Source: a bacterium (lineage in GTDB: Bacteria > Zhuqueibacterota > Zhuqueibacteria > Oceanimicrobiales > Oceanimicrobiaceae). From it: DNA of 64,000 nucleotides. The position numbers and the translations under genes were made by a program. Under the pieces are notes generated by a model, which saw only the letters and a program-made list of their open reading frames with translations, was not told the origin of the DNA and searched no databases. Positions 40,705 through 50,434 of this stretch are shown here, in pieces. Every line of letters starts with the position of its first letter. Position 1 is the first letter of the stretch. The stretch lies in assembly GCA_037446635.1 (NCBI GenBank), contig JBBIIG010000004.1, forward strand, positions 12,186 through 76,185, read 5' to 3'.

Positions 40705-40982
40705 ACTTATTATAGGTGCATCTATCATTTGAAGGTAGAGGAGGTAATCTAATGAAAACGAAACTTCGTCTAGCAAAAATGTTCTTTGCCCTTTTGAACA
40801 GAATGAATTAATCGCGATTGTCGAAGGCACCAAAGGGGATATCGTCGTCGCGACGACCCAGAAATAATAAACGGCGCGCTGGGCCGCAAGCCTGCGCGCT
40901 GGGCCGCAAGCCTGGAACCCGTGCCGCCGAATTTTTTGCTCAGGTTTGCGGCTCTCCCCTTTAACAATAAATATTTCACCGC

Positions 40983-42053
40983 TTAGTAAAAAATATCCCA
41001 AATCGATCCGCTTTTCCGGCCATACTTTCTAAACCAGTCTTTGTAGCGCTTCTGAGTGATGATCCCGATGGGGCCGTCGTAAATTCCGCCGCCAATCAGC
41101 CCATCAAACACCCGCACCGCGATGACGTTTTCTCCGTCAAATTTGAGATGCTCACGCGGGATGTAATAAGCTCGCAGCTCCAACCACTCATCCCCGCGAA
41201 TGGAGATGCGGCTGCGATTTTGGTAGATGCGTCCAGTGCGGCCGATGTGCTCGCCGTTGAGATAGACTTCGTCCAAATCATCAATTTTTCCAAGCAGTAG
41301 AATCAGATTTTCGTTTCCGTACTCTTTGCTGAGCCGGAATTTTTTACGATACCAGGCAAAGCCATCGTAGTCCGGATATCCCTGGGTTTCCCAATTTAAC
41401 GGCACCAGGATCGGGCGCCAATTATTGTCATTGAATTCCGGCTTTTTCCACGTCATGTCATCGCCAGGTGAAAATTTCCACAAACCAGCAAGCGGGGTGT
41501 CCGGAGTTAACGGATTCTTTTGCTCGAACAATCCCACCTGACCTCGCACAATTCCCCCTTCCAACTGTTCATCAAACACGCGCACCGCGATGAGGTTCTC
41601 CCCCGAAAAATTAAGATACTCGGTGGGCAGAATATAAATGCGATTAACGTGGTAGGCTGTGAAATATTCCGGCGGAAAGCTGCCGCTGAAGCCAATGAAA
41701 TGGCCGTTCAAAAAAATTTGATCCACGTCATCGATATACCCTAAGTGTAAATAGAGGGTTTTTCCCCGAATATCGGGAGACAGGGTGAAACGTTTACGAT
41801 ACCAGGCATAGCCGTCGTAGCCGGGGAAGCCCTCGTCTTCCCAACTGGAGGGCACGAAAATGTTCTGCCAATTGCGATCGTCCAAATTCGGCTGCGCCCA
41901 CTGCGGGTTGTCGCCGATTTCAAATTTCCATTGTCCGCGTAAATCCAGCAGGCGAATCCAATCGTCCCCCTGTGCAAAGTTTGGAAATATCGCCCCCGTT
42001 AAAAGTAAAATTAGAAACCCACGAATTTTCAAATGTCCAGGGAGCTTAATCAT
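40983..42053 (-). CDS. Secreted protein with two beta-galactosidase jelly-roll (sugar-binding) domains
   Basis: Duplicated WKF..GD...WE..G..GYDGYAWYRK...LG.IDD.D..LNG...NLIAVRV. Confidence 0.85.
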   Translation of the reverse strand: MIKLPGHLKIRGFLILLLTGAIFPNFAQGDDWIRLLDLRGQWKFEIGDNPQWAQPNLDDRNWQNIFVPSSWEDEGFPGYDGYAWYRKRFTLSPDIRGKTLYLHLGYIDDVDQIFLNGHFIGFSGSFPPEYFTAYHVNRIYILPTEYLNFSGENLIAVRVFDEQLEGGIVRGQVGLFEQKNPLTPDTPLAGLWKFSPGDDMTWKKPEFNDNNWRPILVPLNWETQGYPDYDGFAWYRKKFRLSKEYGNENLILLLGKIDDLDEVYLNGEHIGRTGRIYQNRSRISIRGDEWLELRAYYIPREHLKFDGENVIAVRVFDGLIGGGIYDGPIGIITQKRYKDWFRKYGRKSGSIWDIFY

Positions 42054-42121
42054 CCTTGCACCTTCTGAGAAAAGTATCAAAATTAGCAGGGAGCGCTTTT
42101 TCGAAAACCGCTCCCTGCATC

Positions 42122-42253
42122 GCGACTGTTGAAAAAGGTCTTTGTCACTCCCGAACGCTTTTGTCGGGAGTCCATAAGCCGTTGTTTTCGTGGATGCCCG
42201 CCAAAGGCATGCGGGCATGACAGCTACTGTTTTTGGACTTTTTCAACAGTCGC
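42122..42253. mobile_element. MITE-like element with 16-bp perfect TIRs and a GTCA...TGAC core
   Basis: gcgactgttgaaaaag / ctttttcaacagtcgc; core homologous to that of 18043-18180. Confidence 0.75.
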
Positions 42254-42266
42254 TTCGGGGAGGCCA

Positions 42267-42728
42267 TCAGTTTTCATATACAAAAAACTTCGATTGCAGC
42301 GTTTCCGCGAGGAGGATGAAAAACTGATCCGCATCTTTATAATCGGACTTCTTTATCGTTGAAAGCCATTCGTTATTGTGCATGAAATTGCTGGCGAGCT
42401 GCGCTTTGTAACGGATGCGCGGCGTGGGGCCGGTTATCGCCAAACGGTCCAATTCCGCTGCTATTTCTTCGCAATCCTGCTGGGGATAAAACAGCCTGAA
42501 TTTCACCACATAAAAAACCGTTGATTCGAGAACGCCAAGATTGTTGGATTTCAGGCTGTGCAGATAATTCTTTTTAACGGCGTCGAGCATGGATTCGGAG
42601 ACGCCGTTTGGGTAGCTCAGTTTCGCCGCATCCAGCGTCGGCTTTCCCGACACCTGCAGTTGCGCGCTGCAATTCGCGAAAAACATTCCCCCAACAATCA
42701 GAACGAGAATAAACAAATGCTTTGCCAT
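42267..42728 (-). CDS. Hypothetical exported protein
   Basis: Signal peptide; GGAGG RBS. Confidence 0.8.
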   Translation of the reverse strand: MAKHLFILVLIVGGMFFANCSAQLQVSGKPTLDAAKLSYPNGVSESMLDAVKKNYLHSLKSNNLGVLESTVFYVVKFRLFYPQQDCEEIAAELDRLAITGPTPRIRYKAQLASNFMHNNEWLSTIKKSDYKDADQFFILLAETLQSKFFVYEN

Positions 42729-42835
42729 GACTAAGCCTCCAGTTTATTGGTTCAAAATTCTGACTCAATATACTGGCTTAAAATATCACAGATGTCATGG
42801 CTGTGTTTGAGATTGTAAAAAATTGTCAAAGAAAA

Positions 42836-43516
42836 TTATAGCACCAGCTTGTAGCCGACGCCGTGAACGGTTAGAAGGTGGCGTGGGTGCGCCGGGTTGG
42901 CCTCGATTTTCTGGCGCAATCGCACAATAAAATTGTCCACTGTGCGGGTGGTGGGAAACTCATCGTAGCCCCACACTTCGGTCAAAAGCTGGTCGCGGCT
43001 GACGGTCTGATTTTGATTCCGCCAGAGAAATTTGAGCACCTCAAATTCCCGGTGAGACAACGAAACCGATTGACGATCGCGGAAGGCTTCGAAGGTTTTG
43101 AAATTCACCTCCAATTGGCCAATCGTCAATTTCGTTTCAGAAACTGGCGCATCGGATTTTCTGCGCAAAATCGCTTTAATTCGCGCCAGCAGCTCCCGCA
43201 GACCGAACGGCTTGGTAACATAATCGTCGGCGCCCAATTCCAGTCCCAGAACCTTGTCAATCTCCTCGCCTTTGGCAGTGAGCATCAAAATCGGAGTTTT
43301 TACTCCCTTTTCACGAGCGGCTTTACAAACATCGAATCCGAACATTCCTGGCAGCATGACGTCGAGAATAATCAAATCATACGTTTGCTCCAACATTTTT
43401 TGGAGTCCGCTCTGGCCGTCCTCGGCAAAGTCCACATCGTAGCCTTCGAACTCCAGGTTATCCTTCAGGCCCAGCCGCATCTGAGGTTCGTCTTCAACAA
43501 TCAGAATTCGAGGCAT
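42836..43516 (-). CDS. OmpR/PhoB-family response regulator
   Basis: VEDE, LDVMLP, GADDYVTKPF, RTVDNFI, TVHGVGY. Confidence 0.94.
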   Translation of the reverse strand: MPRILIVEDEPQMRLGLKDNLEFEGYDVDFAEDGQSGLQKMLEQTYDLIILDVMLPGMFGFDVCKAAREKGVKTPILMLTAKGEEIDKVLGLELGADDYVTKPFGLRELLARIKAILRRKSDAPVSETKLTIGQLEVNFKTFEAFRDRQSVSLSHREFEVLKFLWRNQNQTVSRDQLLTEVWGYDEFPTTRTVDNFIVRLRQKIEANPAHPRHLLTVHGVGYKLVL

Positions 43517-43519
43517 CGT

Positions 43520-45100
43520 TCATTTATCCTCATTTTGTGTTTGCGCAGCATTTCGGAAAACCAGCCGAAAACAACTGCCTTCGCCCGGGCGGCTCTTGAC
43601 GATCACATCGCCGCCATGCGCCTCCATAATATGCCTCACCAGCGTCAGACCCAAACCGCTGCCTTTGGTGTTGTGAACCAACCCCGTCGAGACGCGATAG
43701 AATTTATCAAAAATTTTATCGTGCTGCTCCGGCGCAATCCCGATTCCATGATCTTCCACCTCAAGGAAGAGGTCGCCTTGATCAACGCCCGTTTTGATGG
43801 CGATAAACTTCCGGCTGTTGGAATACTTAACGGCATTATCCAGCAGGTTGAGGAGAGCTTCGGAAATCGACTCGGCGTCAACAGCGGTCTCAGGAAGATC
43901 TTCAGATAGTCGCAGCGAAACATCAAAACCCTGTTCCTGCAAATGAACGCGATAATTTTTCAACACTTTCTCAACCACGGTATTTAAATTGGCCATCTCC
44001 AATTGGTACTGTTTTTTGCCCGCTTCCATTCGTGAAAAATTCAAAAGATTGTTGACCAGGTGAGTCAAGCGCTCAGTCTCCTGGCGGATGATGTGGTAAT
44101 ATTCTTTCTTTTTGCGTTCGGAACGTGCTCTGCCCATTTCCAACGTTTCGGCAAACATGCGAATCAAGGAAAGGGGCGTTTTGAGTTCATGGGAAACGTT
44201 GGAGACGAAATCCGACTTCAATCGCGATAATTCCATCTCTCGTTTTATATTGCGATACACCACCCAGGCGCTCAAAATTAACACGAAATCTAAAATAATG
44301 ATCAGCAGCAAACTGCGGTAAAATCGGCTGCGGGCAAGCTCCTCGAACGTTTCACCCTGCGGGCGGATGCCCAAAAAATGGTTGGGAAAAAGCCAGAGGT
44401 TTTTTTGTTGCTTGCTCTCTTGCACTTGAATCGGCGCCGTTGAAAATATCGGCTGCGAACGGTTCTCTTGAAAAACCGCCAGAATAAACTCCTGGCCCGC
44501 CGCCTCCTGCAGCTTCGGCGACAGCACCTGCTGCACGAATGAGTCGCTATTCAAAACCAGGCCCGCAATATCAGCACGGCTTAGATCAGAAACAAAAATC
44601 AATGCCAGGTTCTCGCTGTCTTGTTCGTCGAAAGCGGGCAACATAATTGACTCGATCTTGCGATAACCAGAGCGTTTCATTCTTTCCAATCGCGCTGTAG
44701 TTTCTTGCTGGGTCTCGAAAGCTTCCGTGAGAATCTGGCGCAGAGCGGCGTCCTCTCCACCAACTTGCACCAAAACAAAACTCTGAGTTTGAGTATTCAA
44801 AAGAAACGCCGCTAAGAGGTTTCGGTTTTCCGACAAGAATTTTTGCAACATGAATTGAATTGTCCGATCGGAGTGATCGCGCGCTTCAATGAACGCCAGG
44901 TTGAGTTTGCTGACCCAGTTGTTCACACGGTCCCAGGCGTACTGGTTGACGGAAAAAAGAATCGCATCCAATTGCCGGCGATAAATTTCGCTGAGCAATT
45001 TTTCGTTTGCGGATAGAGAGTTGAGCTCGTAACCGGTAAAGAATAGTGCAGGCAGAAGAATGATCAAAAGCAGGATCAGCGTAATTTTTTTTAATGGCAT
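43520..45100 (-). CDS. Sensor histidine kinase
   Basis: SHELKTPL, NLLDNAVKY, DHGIGI, GSGLGL; 2 TM. Confidence 0.93.
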   Translation of the reverse strand: MPLKKITLILLLIILLPALFFTGYELNSLSANEKLLSEIYRRQLDAILFSVNQYAWDRVNNWVSKLNLAFIEARDHSDRTIQFMLQKFLSENRNLLAAFLLNTQTQSFVLVQVGGEDAALRQILTEAFETQQETTARLERMKRSGYRKIESIMLPAFDEQDSENLALIFVSDLSRADIAGLVLNSDSFVQQVLSPKLQEAAGQEFILAVFQENRSQPIFSTAPIQVQESKQQKNLWLFPNHFLGIRPQGETFEELARSRFYRSLLLIIILDFVLILSAWVVYRNIKREMELSRLKSDFVSNVSHELKTPLSLIRMFAETLEMGRARSERKKKEYYHIIRQETERLTHLVNNLLNFSRMEAGKKQYQLEMANLNTVVEKVLKNYRVHLQEQGFDVSLRLSEDLPETAVDAESISEALLNLLDNAVKYSNSRKFIAIKTGVDQGDLFLEVEDHGIGIAPEQHDKIFDKFYRVSTGLVHNTKGSGLGLTLVRHIMEAHGGDVIVKSRPGEGSCFRLVFRNAAQTQNEDK

Positions 45101-45102
45101 GG

Positions 45103-46113
45103 TTACCTTAATTTCAAGACGGCCCAAACCGGCACGTGATCCGAAGCCAAATCCCGGCGCTCGGTGTACTGCAGCTTGCCATCAACAAATTCTACCCGCG
45201 AGGGTTTGCCTGTGATCGCAACCGAGCGATTAAAAATTCCCACCGCCACCACTTTGGATTTTAAATTCTTCGAAAGTAAAATCTGATCGAAGAGGATGGT
45301 TTTGATTTTGACGTCGTTCATAAAATCGTGCGGCTTGTCGCGCCACTTGTTGTTTTCGGCGCGGGAACCGGCAACCACTAAGTCGAAGGTGTCGGGGAGC
45401 GCGGTGGAGTCGAAGAGATAATTATAGCCGTAGGAACAATAATCTTTTTCTAACAGCCTTTCGGTTGCGTTAAACAAAAACGTGTCCTCGCGAACGTCGA
45501 TTCCGCCCGCTGCGCTGGCGCTGCCGTATTCGAGAATGTTGAGCGAACGATCGTCCGGGTTATCGTTAAAATCGCCCAGTAAAATAACGTTGCGTTTTTT
45601 CAATTTTGACTTGATGTAATCTACCATCAATTTTGAGGCCGCCTCCCGCCGGCTGGCGGTTTCGTTGCGGCCGCCGCGTCGGGACTTGGCGTGGTGAACG
45701 AGAAACACAAAATTTTTGCCGTATCCGTCAACTCGCACTTCCAGCAAATCGCGCTTGCGCGGAAACGCGTGATCATAAATCGTATCCGGAAAAACCGAGC
45801 GAAAGGAGCGAATTTTTAGCGGCGGGCGCACAGCCAGCGCCAATTCCTGCACCTCTTCGGGATCGTCCGCCATGGCGATGTCATACTCCGCGGGCAGGAT
45901 ATTCCTTAAGCCGGCGCGGGTGTTGATTTCCTGAAAGCCAATCACGTCCGCATCCAATCCGGCGAGGACTTGCTGCAAACGCTGTTTGCGCGTCGGCGTG
46001 ATGCCTTCATCGAGAAAATAAATATTGTACGTCGCCACTTTGATTTCCTGCGCCGCTGCGCCGGCGATCGATAGAAACACCAACAAAAAAAGCCCAGAGA
46101 ATTTCTTCATCAT
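45103..46113 (-). CDS. Exported endonuclease/exonuclease/phosphatase
   Basis: ATYNI, FQEI, GDFND, SDHVPV. Confidence 0.9.
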   Translation of the reverse strand: MMKKFSGLFLLVFLSIAGAAAQEIKVATYNIYFLDEGITPTRKQRLQQVLAGLDADVIGFQEINTRAGLRNILPAEYDIAMADDPEEVQELALAVRPPLKIRSFRSVFPDTIYDHAFPRKRDLLEVRVDGYGKNFVFLVHHAKSRRGGRNETASRREAASKLMVDYIKSKLKKRNVILLGDFNDNPDDRSLNILEYGSASAAGGIDVREDTFLFNATERLLEKDYCSYGYNYLFDSTALPDTFDLVVAGSRAENNKWRDKPHDFMNDVKIKTILFDQILLSKNLKSKVVAVGIFNRSVAITGKPSRVEFVDGKLQYTERRDLASDHVPVWAVLKLR

Positions 46114-46122
46114 GCCATCCTT

Positions 46123-46848
46123 TCACATTTGTTGTGCAAATTTGCGCAATTCTTTGTTCGCAGCTTTGGCGTTCGGATAAACCGATTCCAACAGTTTCCA
46201 GAAATCCGCACTGTGATTTGGGACGCGGGTGTGCGCCAATTCATGCAGCAAAACATAATCGACCAAATGATCGGGCAAGCGCATGAGGTGTAAACTCAGG
46301 TTGATGTTGTTGCGGGACGAGCAGCTTCCCCAGCGCGATTTGTGATTTTTGATGAATACCCGGTTAAAAGAGAAGCCGTGCAGCTGCGCCAGCCATCGTA
46401 ATCGTTCGGGCAAATAGCCCTGCGCTTCAATGCGATAGGCCGCGATCAAACCGCGCTGAATGGCCGACTGCACGCGCGGATGGCGCAGCGGCAGCTTGCG
46501 CGGGTAGCGCACGCGAACGACTCCTTTCGCCAGTTGGACGTGAATCGCCCCCACCTCTGCGGCGCGAGCATCCAGCTTGTGGCGGCGAGTGCGCAGCTCG
46601 CCGCGGCCGTCGTAAACCACCGCCTGCTTCTCGGCTTCGCGAATTTTTTGCAGGTGTTTGGCGATCCATTTTTTGTGACGCTGGACAAAGTCCTGCGCGG
46701 CGGAAAGGCTCACCCCCACCGGCACCGAAACGCACACGCCTGCAAACGGCTTGATGCGAATGCGCAAATGCCGGGCGCGCCGGCTGCGTTTGAACGTCAC
46801 CATCCCAACTTCCGGAATTTGCAATGCAACGGCTTTCGTTGTTTTCAT
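46123..46848 (-). CDS. YgjP/SprT-like zinc metalloprotein (M48-related)
   Basis: KSRWGSCS, YVLLHELAH..VPNHS..FW. Confidence 0.9.
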   Translation of the reverse strand: MKTTKAVALQIPEVGMVTFKRSRRARHLRIRIKPFAGVCVSVPVGVSLSAAQDFVQRHKKWIAKHLQKIREAEKQAVVYDGRGELRTRRHKLDARAAEVGAIHVQLAKGVVRVRYPRKLPLRHPRVQSAIQRGLIAAYRIEAQGYLPERLRWLAQLHGFSFNRVFIKNHKSRWGSCSSRNNINLSLHLMRLPDHLVDYVLLHELAHTRVPNHSADFWKLLESVYPNAKAANKELRKFAQQM

Positions 46849-47270
46849 TTTCGATCCTGGCGGCGATAGACGAATTTCAATCCCGACCACACTTCGTCCA
46901 CCGCGCAAACTTTGACATCGACAAGATGATTTTTCAAACCGATTTCGCGAACGCGGTTTTCATTGAGATCGGTTTTAACTTTGGATGAGCCTTTCGGCCA
47001 GGAAATCCACAGCGCGCCGTCCTGCGCCAGCGATTTTTTCAAATCAGGAAAATGCTTTTGCAGCTCGGCGCGCTGCGTCGTAAAAAATTGAATAAAATCC
47101 AGTGCCTCAGCCCCCGCAGGCTTGAGGCCTCCGGGGGTTGCGATTCGGACGTTTTGTGGGAGCGGCCCTAAAATTACAAAATAATTTTCGGGCGCGTTCA
47201 AAAAAAGGACGGCGCTGCCGGCTTTGATTCCGAGTTTCTCCACCAACGATCGTTTTGAATAACCGGCCAC
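46845..47270 (-). CDS. DUF3052-like protein
   Basis: AGYS..SLVEKLGIK, LWISWPK, LVDVKVCAVDEVWSGLKF. Confidence 0.85.
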   Translation of the reverse strand: MAGYSKRSLVEKLGIKAGSAVLFLNAPENYFVILGPLPQNVRIATPGGLKPAGAEALDFIQFFTTQRAELQKHFPDLKKSLAQDGALWISWPKGSSKVKTDLNENRVREIGLKNHLVDVKVCAVDEVWSGLKFVYRRQDRK

Positions 47271-47271
47271 T

Positions 47272-48483
47272 TCAGTTCAAACCTTTGGAGGTAAAATGGC
47301 GGAGGTGATCGCTCGGGATCAAGTGGTTGTCAACAATATAACCGGCGAACAACTTTGCCATCAAGCGCGCGCCCTGCTCGTTGACGTGGCGGCCATCGTG
47401 GTAGTATTTTTTGTCGACGGGAAAAAGACTGGCGAAGTCAAACAAGTGGGCGCCCTTTTGTTTGGCAACCGTTTTAAGCACGTCATTCATTTCTTGATAG
47501 GCCGCGATGTACTCCTCCGAAGCCACCCGCGGCTCGTTTTCAAAAAGCGGAGAAAAGGCGAAAGTCGCCAGCACGGCGGTGATGTTGCGGGCCTGCGCCG
47601 AGAGCACGATGTTTTCGACGTTGCGCTGAAAATAAATCGGACGGTTGATTTCCAACATGCGCCTGGCGCTTACGTCTTCGAAGGCGCCGCTGGGGTAGCT
47701 GTGGTTCATTTTCTGTCTTTGAAAATTATCGCCGTAGTAGGTTTTGGCGTGGCGGTCGATGGTTTTGGTGATATCGGCGTGCGGCTGGGTGACGCCGGCG
47801 CGCACCAGAAAGAAGCGAATGATGGCGCTGTATTCAAAAATGCTGGGCATGAAAACATTGGTCACCGCAGGCATAGTGGCGCCGGAGTTGTCGCCGCGGT
47901 AGGCCTCCGGCGGCCACACCAGGCGGGTGTGGATATCGTTAATGGCTTCGTAAAAAATAATCAAGTCCGGTTCTAAATCCAACACACGGAATTGAAAATT
48001 AATCAAACATTCAAAGCTGGTCCAGCCCGGCACGCCGGCGTTGATGACGTTGACGTTCGCGTACCCCCGCTGCAAAATCTCCTGCTCCAGCAACTCCGGG
48101 TAGGAAAGATTGTAGTCCTCCACGCCAGAGGTGTAGGTGGTGGAACCACCCAGGCAAACGATACGGAATTCGTTCGCCGGTTTCGGCAGCGCGATCTCCT
48201 CGCCGCGATATCCCAACGAATTGTGCTTGTTTTTGCCGCTTTGATAATTCGGGGTGAGATAGTAACCGAGATAGCGGTGAAACGATTTTTTGAAATAAGC
48301 CTGGCCTTTTTTCTTAAGCCGATCTTCTAATTGCTGCAGGGAGGCGTAGCGGAAAAAAATATCCTCGTCGGCGAAATTCACCAGATAGATGCGGGCGGCG
48401 ATTTCCAATACGACAAAACAAACCACCAACGTGGCCAGCGACAGCGCCAGGTTGGGAAGCAATGATTTCTTTGATTCATTCAT
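47272..48483 (-). CDS. SGNH/GDSL hydrolase, membrane-anchored
   Basis: CLGGSTT, INAGVPG, AIND, DGRH. Confidence 0.87.
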   Translation of the reverse strand: MNESKKSLLPNLALSLATLVVCFVVLEIAARIYLVNFADEDIFFRYASLQQLEDRLKKKGQAYFKKSFHRYLGYYLTPNYQSGKNKHNSLGYRGEEIALPKPANEFRIVCLGGSTTYTSGVEDYNLSYPELLEQEILQRGYANVNVINAGVPGWTSFECLINFQFRVLDLEPDLIIFYEAINDIHTRLVWPPEAYRGDNSGATMPAVTNVFMPSIFEYSAIIRFFLVRAGVTQPHADITKTIDRHAKTYYGDNFQRQKMNHSYPSGAFEDVSARRMLEINRPIYFQRNVENIVLSAQARNITAVLATFAFSPLFENEPRVASEEYIAAYQEMNDVLKTVAKQKGAHLFDFASLFPVDKKYYHDGRHVNEQGARLMAKLFAGYIVDNHLIPSDHLRHFTSKGLN

Positions 48484-48488
48484 AGCGA

Positions 48489-50429
48489 CTATTTTTCAGA
48501 AAGCGCGGCGTTGGTGGGCAGGGTGATGCGAAACTCCGTGCCCTTCCCCACCTCGCTTTCAAATTCGATCTGGCCGCGGTGGCGTTGAATGATGTTGTAA
48601 GCGTTGTGCAGCCCCATCCCTAATCCCACCCGCGAGCTCTTGGTAGTAAAATTAAGCTGAAAGAGCGACGCCCGGATTTCCGGCGGAATGCCGCGGCCAG
48701 TGTCGCGGATGCGAATGAAAATGTTGCCGTTTTCCGCGCCGGTTTGAATGGTGATGCGGCCCTCCTTTTCGATGGCCTGGGCGGCATTGCGCAGCAGGGT
48801 CATAAAAACCTGATTGAGCTGATTGGGGTAACAATAAATCGGCGAGACCTTTCCAAATTCTTTGTGGATGGTAACGCCCTTTTTGAATTCATGCTGAATG
48901 AGCGTCAAGGTGCTTTCGAGGCCCTGGTGAATGTCGGCCATTTTGAAATCGGCCTCGTCGAGGCGCGCAAAATTTTTCAGGCTCTCAACGATGCCGGCGA
49001 TGCGGTCCGAAGCCGCTAGCAAAGTTTTGGAGTTGAGTTCGAGAACTTCGACGGCCTTTTGAAAACGCGCGTTTTCGGCCAGCGTCTTCGCGGACTCGCT
49101 GCCTTCCACCAACTGCTGGATTTTGGAAATGCTGCGCAGCAAAATATCTGCAGAGCTTTTGATGGCGCCGATGGGATTGTTGATCTCGTGGGCAATCCCG
49201 GCCGTGAGCTGGCCCAGCAGCGCCATCCGCTCCGACTGCACCAAATGGGATTGCGTTTCGCGCAGCTCGCGGTTGACTTTTTCTAAATCGTCCAGCGCCT
49301 TTTTAAGCTCGATATTTTTCAAGCGATGAATTTCGGCTTCTTTCTCGGTCTTCTCCACCTCGAAATGAATTTGCAAATTTTTCAGCCGCGTCTTCGCTTC
49401 ATCGCTGAAGACTTCTTCTTTGATTTGTTGATAGCATTTCAAATGTTTGAGCGCGCTGTGAAGATCGCCCTGCAGCTCATAGGCATCGGCCAGGGCGTGG
49501 TGGATTTGGTAGAGCTTGGGCCGCACATCGATTTCTTCCGCGCACTTTAACGCCTTGGACAACACCTCCAGCGCTTTCGCCGGCTCACGTTTTTGGTTGT
49601 ACGTGCGCCCGATATTTAATAAGCTGGTGATCTCGGCGTTGCGGTTGGCCAGCTTTTCTCGAATCCGCAGACTGCTTTGATGATAGGAAAGCGCTTCGTC
49701 TAATTGATTGAGCGCCTGATACACCACACCCATGTCATTCAACGCCCGCGCCTCGCCCAACGAATTGGAAATGTCGCGGAAAATCTTGAGGCTCTCATCA
49801 TGGTGCAGCAGCGCTTTCTCGTAGTCTCCCAAACCCTCATAAACATTACCAATACCAGAGAGCGCACGGGCAACGCCGAGGGGGATGTCATAATTTTTGA
49901 ACATCTCTAAGCTTTTTTGGTGATACGACAGCGACTTCTCTAAATCGCCGAGATCGCGATAAACCCCACCAAGAGTTGTAAGAACCCAGGGCAGGCGATA
50001 TTCGTAATCGCTGCCCTGCAGCTCGCGCTCGGCTTTGTGGAGATAATCCAACGCCAGGTCGAAATTTCCCAGGTTCCAATAAGTGATGCCAATGATGGTG
50101 AGCGCGCTGGAAAGCTCGATCCTATCGCCAATCAATTCAAAGTGGTTCAAGGCGGCGTAAGCGTAGCGTAAAGCCGAGTTATAATCGCTCAGATTGCAAT
50201 AAACCAGCCCCAAGTTGCGGCTGCTGCTCGCTAAGCCGTGCTCATAAGATAACTTCTCGGATAAGGCATAGGCCTCCTGGCTCATTTCCAAAGTGGGCAT
50301 CGATTCCAGAAACGTAGTCTCCCACGCCAACTCAGTCATCACATCGACTCGTTCGGTAGTTTGGGCGTCGCCGAGCTCGGCCAGCCGTTTTTTGAGAGCT
50401 TGAATTCTTTTTTTGACTTCTTTGGTCAT
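48489..50429 (-). CDS. TPR-containing cytoplasmic histidine kinase
   Basis: TPR repeats; AHEINNP, NQVF, DTGRGI, GLGMGL. Confidence 0.9.
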   Translation of the reverse strand: MTKEVKKRIQALKKRLAELGDAQTTERVDVMTELAWETTFLESMPTLEMSQEAYALSEKLSYEHGLASSSRNLGLVYCNLSDYNSALRYAYAALNHFELIGDRIELSSALTIIGITYWNLGNFDLALDYLHKAERELQGSDYEYRLPWVLTTLGGVYRDLGDLEKSLSYHQKSLEMFKNYDIPLGVARALSGIGNVYEGLGDYEKALLHHDESLKIFRDISNSLGEARALNDMGVVYQALNQLDEALSYHQSSLRIREKLANRNAEITSLLNIGRTYNQKREPAKALEVLSKALKCAEEIDVRPKLYQIHHALADAYELQGDLHSALKHLKCYQQIKEEVFSDEAKTRLKNLQIHFEVEKTEKEAEIHRLKNIELKKALDDLEKVNRELRETQSHLVQSERMALLGQLTAGIAHEINNPIGAIKSSADILLRSISKIQQLVEGSESAKTLAENARFQKAVEVLELNSKTLLAASDRIAGIVESLKNFARLDEADFKMADIHQGLESTLTLIQHEFKKGVTIHKEFGKVSPIYCYPNQLNQVFMTLLRNAAQAIEKEGRITIQTGAENGNIFIRIRDTGRGIPPEIRASLFQLNFTTKSSRVGLGMGLHNAYNIIQRHRGQIEFESEVGKGTEFRITLPTNAALSEK

Positions 50430-50434
50430 AATAA

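Noticed and set aside
40751..40930. Short ORF with an RBS and a tandem gcgcgctgggccgcaagcct duplication
   Set aside because: The frame closes after 19 codons; probably a decayed remnant with no assignable function.
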